DNA of 63,916 nucleotides, counting the filler, from Hyphochytrium catenoides (Eukaryota; Protista; Hyphochytriomycota), in NCBI GenBank assembly GCA_900088475.1. It is 13 parts of 13 records of this genome, joined end to end, with 100 filler letters (N's around TTAATTAATTAA, not from the genome) between each part and the next. Parts side by side here need not be neighbours in the genome. Positions count along the whole stretch, not along the records: positions 1 to 6,785 come from FLMG01000237.1; positions 6,886 to 18,359 come from FLMG01002463.1; 11 more parts are not named here. The stretch is one strand, 5' to 3'. Both the position numbers and the translations under genes were made by a program. Every line of letters begins with the position of its first letter. Position 1 is the first letter of the stretch. Positions 1 through 10,700 of this stretch are shown one piece after another. The notes below the pieces were generated by a model. That model worked only from the letters and a program-made list of their open reading frames with translations. It searched no databases and was not told the DNA's origin.

Positions 1-722
1 GAGAGAGAGAGAGAGGGAAGAGCAAGGGGAGCAAAACGAGGAACCTTTTTTCAGATCCCCTAACGACTTGCTACGTTGACGCGGGGGAGAGAAAACAGAT
101 ACTTTTCTCTTCCACGCTTGTTTTCTTCTCTTCTCTTCATGAGAGAGAATGTCCGTAGAAGACCAGCGGCCAGCCTCCGGGAGAAGAGGAGGAGAGAGAA
201 GAGAGAGAGCCTCTCTCAAGTGTCGAAGCCATTCTTCGCAATAGAGACGATCTTCATCTCTCTCTCCCTTCTTCAACGCTCTTTTCTCTCTCTCTCTCCC
301 TTCTCTCTTCTCTCCTGTGGCATCGAGAGACACTCTTCCCGACGGAGAGAGAAGGAGAATACCATGAGGATGCTTGTCATCCCATTGTTTTTGCCTCACG
401 AAGTGTTCTCGAGAGAAAAAGATGTCTCCCACTTTTCTCTCTCTCTGCGTTGGGTGAAAGTAAGAGAGAACTAGTTGTTCTCTCCCTATCTCTCTCTCTC
501 TTTCTCTCTCTTCCTCTCCCAGTATCTGCAGGATGAAGAACCATCGTCGCCACTTGGGAGAAGAAGCGGAAGAAGAGGAGCGCTGTTTCCTTAGAAAACC
601 CTGGTAGAGGATTCGAGAACTTCTCTCTCCCTCGTCGTCTCTCTTTTTTCCGGAAAGAGAGAAGACCCGCGAAACGGAGAAAGAGTCGCCATAATGATTG
701 GGCAAGGTCAAGAGAGTGAGCG
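1..722 (-). CDS. PH-domain-containing protein, long exon (partial; open to the window edge, upstream boundary in an N gap)
   Basis: An open minus frame, absent from the ORF track, reads ...RGFLRKQRSSSSASSPKWRRWFFILQILG...QLVLSYFHPTQRERKVGDIFFS...HPHGILLLSPSGRVSLDA...LYCEEWLRHLREAL. This fits the PH pattern GxLxK / WxRxxFxL / LSYF / KxGxI plus the C-terminal helix with the conserved W. Confidence 0.7.
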
Positions 723-1262
723 NNNNNNNNNNNNNNNNNNNNNNNNNNNNNNNNNNNNNNNNNNNNNNNNNNNNNNNNNNNNNNNNNNNNNNNNNNNNNN
801 NNNNNNNNNNNNNNNNNNNNAAGAATTAAAAAAGGGCGGGAAGAGAGAAAGGGTGAAAGCGAGAAAGACAGAGGGAGAAAAAAATTAGCTAGGGAAAGTC
901 AAGATCAGGAGACGGAGAGAGAATGCGTGGGAAAGAAGAGAGAGAGAGTGAGAGAAAGAAGGAGAGAGGTAAAATGAAAGATCACGACATTTGCAAGGGG
1001 AGAGTCGACAAGGGAGAGTGAACCCATCAGTGTCGATGGGAGCAGAGGAGAGAGACGAGACAGAGAGAGAGGGAGAGAGAGCGCCTCAAAAGAAGAAAGA
1101 TAATCGGCAGGAGAGGAGCAGATGAACAGAGAGAGAGAGAGGGACACGAAAGAGAGAGTTACCCAGAGTCATGAAGAGAGAGACTTTATCTTTCAAAAAG
1201 GCAGAGAAGAGAAAACAGCTGTACAAGCGTTGCGCCCATTCAAGGAACAGAGCAGAGGAGAG

Positions 1263-1311
<49 letters not shown>

Positions 1312-1451
1312 ATAAAGGAGAGAAAGAGAGGACACCAGCCAGAAAGCTATTTTGTCGCCTTACCTCTCCGTCATCTTTTGAGCTACCCGTCCTTAGAGAA
1401 CTTGCGGAGCCCTGCGCCTTCTCATCGTCCTGCCGCTGAGAGGATAGCCAG

Positions 1452-1493
<42 letters not shown>

Positions 1494-1761
1494 GGCGGGG
1501 GTGTTTAGACGAAGAGAGACAGAGAGAGAGAATAGAGAGGCAGGAAGAGGGGAAGAGAGAGAGAGAGAGATGGGGAAAGAAGAGAGAGAAAAGAGGGATA
1601 CTAAAGAGACAAAGGAAGAGAGGATGAGGGATCGGACAGAGAAAGAGAGTTATAGAAGAAGGAAAACACATCCAAAAAACAAATGGAGAAAGAGAGAGAG
1701 AGAGAGAAAGAGAGGGAGAAAGAAAAGGAGAGAAGAGTGAGAGAGAGGAGAGAGATCTTAC

Positions 1762-2100
1762 ATGGTGCAAAAGTCGAGAGAGAAGCCCTCGAAAGGTTTG
1801 TCCAGTCCGTGGCGCGTCCTCCACCTCCTCATCCGAGCTATCAAGATCACTTTCATGCAATGCAAGCTCCTCGTCTTCCTCTCTGTCTCTCTCTTTCTGT
1901 CCCTCTCTCTCTTCTTTCTCTTCATCCTCCTCTGCCTTAGAGAGCTGCATAAGAAAGGAGCGTTCCCTTCGCTGTATCTTCTCTTCTTTCGCTTCTTCAG
2001 CCATGACTTGCTGCTCCCTCTCTCTCCTCCCAAGTGTCTCTCTCTCTCTCTCTCTTTGCTCCTCTGCGGTCTTTAGAAGTGGCCTTCCGCTTTGCTGGCG
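1762..2100 (-). CDS. Probable acidic/charged exon, possibly of the same gene as the PH exon
   Basis: Reads ...QQVMAEEAKEEKIQRRERSFLMQLSKAEED...LHESDLDSSDEEVEDAPRTGQTFRGLLSRLLHH and ends at a GTAAGA donor (1761). Connection to the PH exon is not resolved. Confidence 0.35.
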
Positions 2101-2102
2101 AA

Positions 2103-2173
<71 letters not shown>

Positions 2174-4115
2174 CTCTCTTCTGTTGCCCAGCACTTTCCT
2201 CTCTCTTTCTCTTCCGCCGCGCGAGCCTTTCTTTTTCTTTCTCTCTCTTTTCTTCCCTTTGGTCTCGGAATGCAGACAATGCCAAGAACGTGTCTCTTTT
2301 TGTTATCTTTATCAGCCTCTTCTAATATCTCGTGCGCCGTTGGGACAGCCTTATTTACAGCGATATGTGTCACTCTGGCTCTGGCGCTCAGGCACTCTGT
2401 CTGTGCACATGAGAATTCCTCTTGAAGCGCCAAAACTTTTGCCAAAATTACTTCAACTATCAAAAAAACCTAAAAATAGCACGATAAAACACATAAATCA
2501 AAGCTAGTTTGGGGAGAAATCCGTTCAAAAGTAATGGACAGACCATAACCAGTTTATCCCGACACAGAAGCCTGTCTATATAGCGTGTTGGCCTTTTTTC
2601 TTGGTTTAAGGAAATATAATAGATAATTATTTCTTTATTCCCCTGATACTAAAATTTGTTGGCTAAACAAAGGCAAACAAAAGAATAATTTACTCGCTCT
2701 CTTGCTTTTTATAAGAAAGTGAAAGAAGAAGAAGAAGAAAGAGAAGCAGGAGAAGAAAGGAAGGAGAAGTAACCGAAGAAGAAGAAGAAGAAAGAAGAAG
2801 AAGTAGCAGAGGAAGCAGAAGCAGAAGGAAGAGGAAGAAGAAGAAAGAAGGAAAAAGAGGAAGGAAGAAGAAGAAAGAAGGAAAAAAAAAAGTAGCCNNN
2901 NNNNNNNNNNNNNNNNNNNNNNNNNNNNNNNNNNNNNNNNNNNNNNNNNNNNNNNNNNNNNNNNNNNNNNNNNNNNNNNNNNNNNNNNNNNNNNNNNNNN
3001 NNNNNNNNNNNNNNNNNNNNNNNNNNNNNNNNNNNNNNNNNNNNNNNNNNNNNNNNNNNNNNNNNNNNNNNNNNNNTAGAAGAAGAAGAAGAAAGAAGAA
3101 GAAGTAGCAGAGGAAGCAGAAGCAGAAGGAAGAGGAAGAAGAAGAGAGAAGAAAAAGAGGAAGAAGAAGAAGAAAGAAGGAAAAAAAGTAACAGAAGAAG
3201 AAGAAGAAAGAAGAAGCAGAAGAAGAAGCAGGAGGAGAAGAAAACATAAGACAAGTAGCAGAAGAAGCAGAAGGAGAAGAAGAAGAAGGAGGAGAAGAAG
3301 AAAAGAGGAGAAATAGAGGACGAAGAAGAAGGAGGAGAAGAAGAAGCAGAAGACGCAGAAGAAAAAAAGAAGAGGAAGAAGAGACGGAGGAGAAGAGAAA
3401 AATGGAGAAGTAACGAAGAAGAAGAAGAAGCAGCAGCAGCAGCAGAAGAAGAAGAAGAAGAAGAAGAAGAGAAACAGGAAGAGGAAGAGGAAGAAGAGAC
3501 AGGAGCGACAAAGTCCCGGATTCTTCAACACGCTTAAGAAATTCAAGAGAAGGCGGCGAAGGAGAGAGTAGAAAGAATGAAGAGCAAGAAAGAATAGACG
3601 AGAATTGGAGAGCATAGACATAAGAACTATACATAACAAGAGGGAGAGACAAGAGAGAGGAAGAGAGAAAAGAAAAAGAGAAAGAAGAACCAGAGAGAAA
3701 CACACAAGAGAAAGAAAGAGAGAGAGAAATGAAAGAGAGAGAAAGAAAGAGACAGAAAGGCTGAAAAAAGTTTCAGCAAGGACATTAGTTCCATCGATTA
3801 TCTAACAGCAGGAAGGGAGGAAACTGGAAAGAGCAAAAGGAGGAAAAGCAACATAGCAAGGATCCCATGTCCTTCAAACTCTCTCTCTCTCTGTCTCTCT
3901 CTCTGTTTGTCTCTCTCTCTCTCTTTTCTCTCCTTGGCTTTCTGGTCCACCACCGTCTCTATTCGGCCAGTCTTCCTTTCTTTTAATGCTTTCAAAGGTG
4001 CCTCTTTGTGCTTGCCCTTTACAGCTTCATCTCGCTGTCTTCTCCTTTTTTTCTTCCCTTTCCTTCCTCCTCAATAGAGGACCATTCTCCCCAGCTCTTG
4101 GTTCCAATTTTTTCA

Positions 4116-4164
<49 letters not shown>

Positions 4165-4360
4165 AGCTCTGGAGGTACTTCTCCTTCTGGTTCTCTCCAG
4201 TTCTCTTCTATCTCGTTGTTCTCTGTCTGCAATCACTTCTCTCTCTCTGTCTCTCTCTCTTCACTCTCCTCTCTGGGGCCCTACGAGGTCTTTATGATGA
4301 CATCTTGTCCGAATATCAGAGCCTCTCTTTGAAAATGACGATTTCCTGGCGTGAAGTCCT

Positions 4361-4395
<35 letters not shown>

Positions 4396-4516
4396 ATAGT
4401 GAGAAAAGAGAGAATCCAAGGAATAACTTAAGGCAAGAGAGAGAGAGATCGTGTTTACAACATCTGTAGCACAAACTGACTATGAATAGCGTTTAAAGGT
4501 GGGAGGGACCAGACCC

Positions 4517-4568
<52 letters not shown>

Positions 4569-4979
4569 AGAGAGATAGGAACAGATAGTGAGAGAGAGAG
4601 AGAGAAAAAAAAAGAGAGAGAGAAACAGAGAGAGAGAAGGGGCAAGAGAGAAGAAGGAGGCACGAAAGGAAGAGAAACATGAAAGGGAGACGAAATCCTC
4701 AAAGAGTTCCAAGACAAGAGGAAAGACGCAAGAGGAGATAGTGAAGGAGACAGAAGAGAGAAGAGAGGGAGAGGAAAGGGAGAGAGACAAAAAGACCTAA
4801 ACAGAGATGGGGAGAGAAAGAGAGAGAGAGAAAAGAGGCTTACCTTCGGGTACAGTGAGTCTACATCTGCGTCCATCAGCCCCAGCTCCCGGAGGAACTG
4901 TCCCACAAAGCCTGACAGTCCATAAACAGAGAATCAGTACTCCTCCCAATAGCCGCTCTCTCTCTCTCTCCTTCTCTCT

Positions 4980-5070
4980 CTCTCTCTTTTCCCGTTTTCT
5001 CTCTCTCTTTTCCCGTTTTCTCTCTCTCTCTCTTTTCCCGTTTTCTCTCTCTCTTTTCCCGTTTTCTCTC
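4980..5070. repeat. Minisatellite, about 4 copies of CTCTCTTTTCCCGTTTTCT(CT)n
   Basis: The TTTTCCCGTTTT core recurs four times at roughly 19-25 bp spacing. Confidence 0.8.
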
Positions 5071-5072
5071 TC

Positions 5073-5110
<38 letters not shown>

Positions 5111-5491
5111 GCGCTCTCTCTCTTACCCTCGCACACTCTCCCTTCGCGCTCTTTTCCTCTCTCTCTTCTCACTTTCTCTCTTCCTCTTCTTCCCTTAAGA
5201 TAGAGTTCTGGTCTTTTGTCCGTCCTCTCTATTCGTCCTTCCCTTCTCCCGCAGCTCAGCTCTCTCTCTCTCTCTCTGTCGGTGTATTCTCCATCCCTCA
5301 CACTTCCTCTCTCTCACCTCTCTCTCTCTCTCTCTCTCTCCTCCCCTGTGTCGCAACCCTTCCTCATCTCTCTCTTTTCTCTTCTTCTCCCCATCCGGGG
5401 CCACGTGTCTCCTTCTCACTTGCTTCTTTTCTTTCCGTTTCCCTGCCAGTTTGTCTCTTTCTTTCTTTCTTCACCAGCTTGGCAGTCCAAG

Positions 5492-5534
<43 letters not shown>

Positions 5535-5766
5535 ACTTCTCGTACATTCTCTACTCACGTGCGCCAGCATGGACTGTCTTCTGCTTCAATGTCCCCAAAG
5601 GTCCTGACTGGACTCTCTCTTCTCTCTCTTTCTCTCTTTCCTGCTGTCTCTCTTCCAAGAGAGACGCGGTGCCCTGGTTGTTTAGTTCCCGAGCGAGGTT
5701 CCATGCTCGTAGCTTTGTCTCCCGCGGGAGCTTTAACAAATCAGAGAAGAGTGCGAAACGAAAAGA

Positions 5767-5799
<33 letters not shown>

Positions 5800-5830
5800 N
5801 NNNNNNNNNNNNNNNNNNNNNNNNNNNNNN

Positions 5831-5865
<35 letters not shown>

Positions 5866-6735
5866 ATGTTCTAGAGCAGTACCTCTTTCCTGATGGGTCT
5901 AACAATGATCTCCCAGGCTCTTGACCGAATCACGCGATGATCAAAGCGCCGCAGCTTTATTTAAGGGAAGAGAGAGAGAGGGGGAGAGACAAAGAGAGAG
6001 AGAGAGACAGATGGATGGAAATAAGGGGGAGAGAGGAGAACTTGTGAGAGAGAAAGAGAGAGAGAGAGAGAGCTTGGAAAGAAGATACGGGTGGGCAACA
6101 TAAAGCGGGAAAAGGGGATAGGGAGTAAAAAGGTGCGAAGAAGAGAAAGAGACAACGAAGCGACGGAGAGAGAGAAGGAGAGAGACACGAAGAGAGAGAG
6201 AGAGAAGAGAAATAGGAGAGGCCACGAAGAAGACGAAGCAAAAGAAGTAAAGACCCCACACACTGAGAGAGAAAGGGGGAAAGAGAAACAGGCAGAGGAA
6301 GAGAGACAGCAAAGAGAGGGAAGGAAAGCGAGACAGAGAGAGAAAAACGGAGGCAGAGGGAGATAAAAGGAGGACAGCCTAGGCTTCACAGTAGGTTTAC
6401 TCTATTAGAGAGAGAGAGAGAGAGAGAAGACACACACATATAGAGGGCGAGGGGGAGAGAGAAGAGAGAGACACAGGGGGAGAGCAAGACAATTGAGCGA
6501 GAGAGACGTCGAAAGCACGTAAAGCAGGGAGAGAGAGAGAAAGAGGAGAGAGAGAAAGAGAGGAGAAGAAGAAGAAGAAGAAGAAGAAGAAGAGAGAGAA
6601 AGAGAGAGAGACATAGAAAGAGAGAGAAACGACGAAGAAGAAACAAAGAAGAGAGAGAGAGAGAGGAGAAGAAGGAGAAGAAGTAGAGAGAGGAAGAGAG
6701 AGAGACAGAGAAAGAGAGAGAGAAACGAAGAAGAA

Positions 6736-6770
<35 letters not shown>

Positions 6771-6785
6771 ACCTTGACTCCCGAG

Positions 6786-6885
6786 NNNNNNNNNNNNNNN
6801 NNNNNNNNNNNNNNNNNNNNNNNNNNNNNTTAATTAATTAANNNNNNNNNNNNNNNNNNNNNNNNNNNNNNNNNNNNNNNNNNNN
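6786..6885. other. Artificial contig-joining spacer (44N + TTAATTAATTAA + 44N), first of 12
   Basis: Identical 100-bp spacers with stops in all six frames also occur at 18360-18459, 34204-34303, 36444-36543, 41361-41460, 42579-42678, 46066-46165, 52669-52768, 54071-54170, 55845-55944, 59897-59996 and 62641-62740. Confidence 0.98.
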
Positions 6886-7264
6886 CGCTGCCCGCTACCA
6901 ACCAACGGCCAAAGCGTATTATACGATTCCCTTCTTTAATAGTAAGTATTAAAGGAGCTTGATGGAGAAATATACAGTTTGAAATGGTACGGTTTCCATT
7001 ACAATGCCGCTAACGGCTAGTCAGAAGCCGTTTTTGGAGAATGGCCGATGTTGGTGACGCAATAGCGCAGACTTCGGATCTTCATCTGGGAACTTCAAGC
7101 TCATCGGCAATCTCAGGATCTGTTGAAGCCTCCCGGGCTTTAGCTCGAGCGTCGCAAGAGGTTAAGGGAGATTGGTATCCTCTGCTCATTAGGTGCATTT
7201 GAGTAATTATCTATAGAACTTCTCACGCTACGGAGGGCAGCCAATGCTGGGTTTCTGAGCAGAT

Positions 7265-7615
7265 ATGGTGCCAAGGCCCACACGAGCAGGAGCAGGTCGT
7301 CACTCTGGCTTACAATTGCAAGTTTTGTCCCTTTATCGGTCCTTCTTGAGAGTTGCAAAGCAAAAGGATGGAAAAGAGGGCTCCGGCACGTCCTACAAAG
7401 CGGTACAGTCGGAGTTTAAACGTCAGGTGCGTCGCATGTCAATGTCTTCTTCTTCTGAAGCTTGCTAAAGCTAATTGCGTGCGTGATAGGCAAAGGATGT
7501 AGATCGCAAAGACTTTCGAACCATTGAGTATCTGATTCGCCGAGGGCAGAAGCAACTAAAGCTGCTGCAGATGCCCGGAACACAAGGTCTCAATCTTACT
7601 GCACCAGATGGATGA
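7265..7615 (+). CDS. SDHAF1: LYR-motif protein, succinate dehydrogenase assembly factor 1-like (2 exons: 7265-7426, 7490-7615; 95 aa)
   Basis: HSGLQLQVLSLYRSFLR...VQSEFKRQ|AKDVDRKDFRTIEYLIRRGQKQLKLL across a 63-nt GT-AG intron. The SGLQxxVLxLYR, EFR/K and IExLLRRGxKQL motifs are typical of SDHAF1. Confidence 0.85.
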
Positions 7616-7782
7616 CAATGGACGAGGAGACACGTACAGAGTCCAGTGATGACCTGCCAGAGTCAAAATGAGATAGAAACCCAGGACCTCTAAATAGGTG
7701 GATGCTATTAGCATAGAATAACTTAGTTGGGGAGGTTGGGAAGTGTAGAAGAGGGAGGCTATCGCTGCCAAGGGCTTGTATT

Positions 7783-10700
7783 CTAGATCTGCGGTAGCCT
7801 TTGCGACCCATCGCGCTCATCCCGCTCCGGGAGACTTCGGTCTCCAGACAGCTCTAGGGACAATTTTTTGTGTCTGACTTCATCATGGCCTTCCTCTGCA
7901 AAGAAACGGAGAGCTGTCAATAGATTTTCCTACTTTATAAGAGCATAAAGAAGAGCAAGCTGGACATTCGGCTTCAACCAGAGTAAGAGGAGCGAGGAAC
8001 GGCGCAAGAAGTATGTTGCGGCAGAACAAACAATCCTATAAGCAGACGAGAAGGCGCAAGTTGAGCACTGATAGAATCTTCTGACCAGTAATGATGTCCA
8101 TCATACAGGCAGGGAAAAAGAGTGAGACAAAGCCCAGACCAGGAACAAACGTTGGTGGAAAGAGAGATAGACGAAAGGACAAGCAAGGCTTACTAGTCTT
8201 CGTCAGGGATGGGCTTCGTACTGCAGGACACAGCTTGTTATCGGCTTGGAATTTCCTGCCCTGTAGAGCCTTTGAAGGTGACCTCGTCTTCTCCCTTCCG
8301 TCCTGCTCTTGCAGCTTCTGCAACTGTGTCCCCGCAGAGAGCTGCAGAAGCTCAGGAGGTGTCTTCTTTTCTGCAATGTTGTCCCGCACATCAACTATCA
8401 AAACGGAGCGCACCGCATCCCGGACCTTAGGTATAAGGCCCACTCTAGCGGTAGAGTGAGTGGCGGTGGATGACAGTGACGCTGCCGTCACAGGGGTTTC
8501 TGGGGAACAGTTGTTGGACGATGGGTTGGCATGACTGAGATCTGCTTCGTCTACGCCTAGAACTTCTATCTTGCCCTCCTTAGAGACATAAATGTGCCGC
8601 ACTCCAGGGAGAGAGCTGCCCTCAATGCCCTCAGCCAGTGTCCTCACGCCGTCTGCGCCAATTTGGTTGTTTCGAAGATCCACATTGTGGAGACGTGTGT
8701 GTGCAGTGAAGAGTTTCACCAGCTCTCGCGCGCCATTATCTATGGCAAAGATACAACGATGGGAGATTAAGATGACAGAGCTAGGACAGAAAGGTGGACG
8801 ACAAGAGCAGTCTTCAAGAGGACAAGAGCTGGCTGCACATACCAGAACTGAGGAGGAGACGCACTAGTTAAGGGGCAAACCGATTAATCAAAGAAAGGAC
8901 GAGGAGACGATAGCAAGCAATAGAACGTTGAGAACGACAGAGATGAAGTTGGTACCTGTGATATAGTTGGCCCTGAGATCCAGTTCTGCTGGACCTCTGA
9001 GCCGCTGCATCCCGCTAACTAAAGTCTTCATATCTCCGTCACGAAGGAAGCAATCAGCCAGAGAAATGATTTCGCCCTGAGGACTCATACTAGGACGGTC
9101 AACTAACGTTTGAAGGAGGAGCAAGAGCAGCTTTCTTTTGCTGTCTCTCTCTTCTTCCAATAGGTCCTTCAGCCTCTTCTGCTTGATGAGCAAAGTGGCT
9201 TGGCCTTCTTCCAGCTCCTCCTGCTGCTCTCTAACTCCTTGGAGCTTCTTACTGGCCTCGTCCTTCACCAATAACAGTTGCTCCTTGATCACCTTATTTT
9301 GAGTCTCCACCTGAACGCGGCTCCTGCCTGTGCGACAGATAATATTGGTTATGTTAAGGACTGCCTGAGCTCAGAGAGGAGGAGGAGACAAAGCGGTACT
9401 AGAGGAAAATGCTTCCTTGTCGTCCGCCGCTCTTTCAGAAGTGTACTCTACCAAAGAAAGAGTCTAGGGCAGAAGCAAGCAGACTCACTGTGTAGGCTGG
9501 CCAAACTCTCTTGTCATAGACCGTGCCTTCCCTCCCAGTCTAATAATCTCTCTCTTTTCCCTGTAGATAATACTTCATCACTTCTCTCTCTTGTGGCAAC
9601 CCAGTCCTCTCTCTTTAGGATGACGCTCCCTCTTACCTTGCTTCGTGAGCTCTTCTACCAAGCGGTCCACTCTCTCCTGCAAGCTTTTTCCTTCAGCTGT
9701 TCTCTCTTGCAGTGCCCGCTTGAGTCGGATTCTATCTTCCTCTCCTTCCTTTTGAGCGTTTACCAGCGAGAGTATAGTGGTGCGAAGCTCTTCTGTCTGC
9801 CCTCGAAGTGCCAGATTCACTTTCTCTTTCTCTTCTATCTCTTTCAAGAGAAATGCGACACGCTCCTGCTTCTCTCTCTCTAAGTCTCGAATCTGAGTAT
9901 ACATATATGTGTCAATGTAGCCGAGAAGAGCGCTAGCATTAGAGCTCCTTCGAGCGGCATCAAAAGGAAAAGTTTTAGCGAACGAGGGGAGAAGAACAAA
10001 ACGTTGGACTGAACGACTGCTAAGCTTAGAAAGCGGGGAAAAGAGAAGGACCTTGCAAGGTGACAGCAACAGAAGTCAAAAGCGGAGGAAGAGGCTTATG
10101 ATCAAGGTATGCATTTCGTGCCTGGGCAGCAAGTTTATCCTTCAAAGTCTCAGTTTGAACCAAGCGTCCGCTTTGGTCCGCTATCTTCCCGATCAGAAGC
10201 TGAACCTCGTGCCGCAACTCCTCCACCTGATCCTGCGACTTCCGAAGCAACTCTTCTGCGGCTTGAAGCTTGTCCAGCGTCTGATATTGCTTCTCTCGCC
10301 GTTGACGGAGCTCCTCATGAAGAGTCTCCTAATAGGTCCAGAAAAGAAATATGTTGGCAAGAAGGAGAGGACATACAAGGGAAGGTGTTAGAAAGCAAAA
10401 GAAAAGTTACTAGGCCCAAAACGAAGAAGCTGTTGGCCCTGAAGGAGATGGAAAAGTAAGTGAGCCAAATACAACGTGGTCGAGCTTAGGATATACGTGG
10501 GAGAGGGAGACCTTACCATCTCCATTCTGGCTTTGACGCGGCTCTCATCTATCTCCTTGTGGAGCGCCTCCCTTTCGCTCTCTAGTCGGGATATTCTTGC
10601 CTGCTGCCCGGTTACCTGCTCTTGAACTGCGGGAAGAAGATGGCAGTTGTCAGAACTCCCTTCCTTTTCTTGGCCTATCTCTGTAAGATCTGCTCGGTTC

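Noticed and set aside
2770-3145. ~70-bp direct repeat on both sides of the N gap at 2898-3075
   Set aside because: Most likely overlapping contig ends in a low-complexity tract (scaffolding artefact).
76-6646. Dozens of long ORFs of poly-ER, poly-SL or poly-F/L (here and across the window)
   Set aside because: These are stop-free translations of GA/CT/GAA microsatellites, open in several frames at once, with no protein-like signal.
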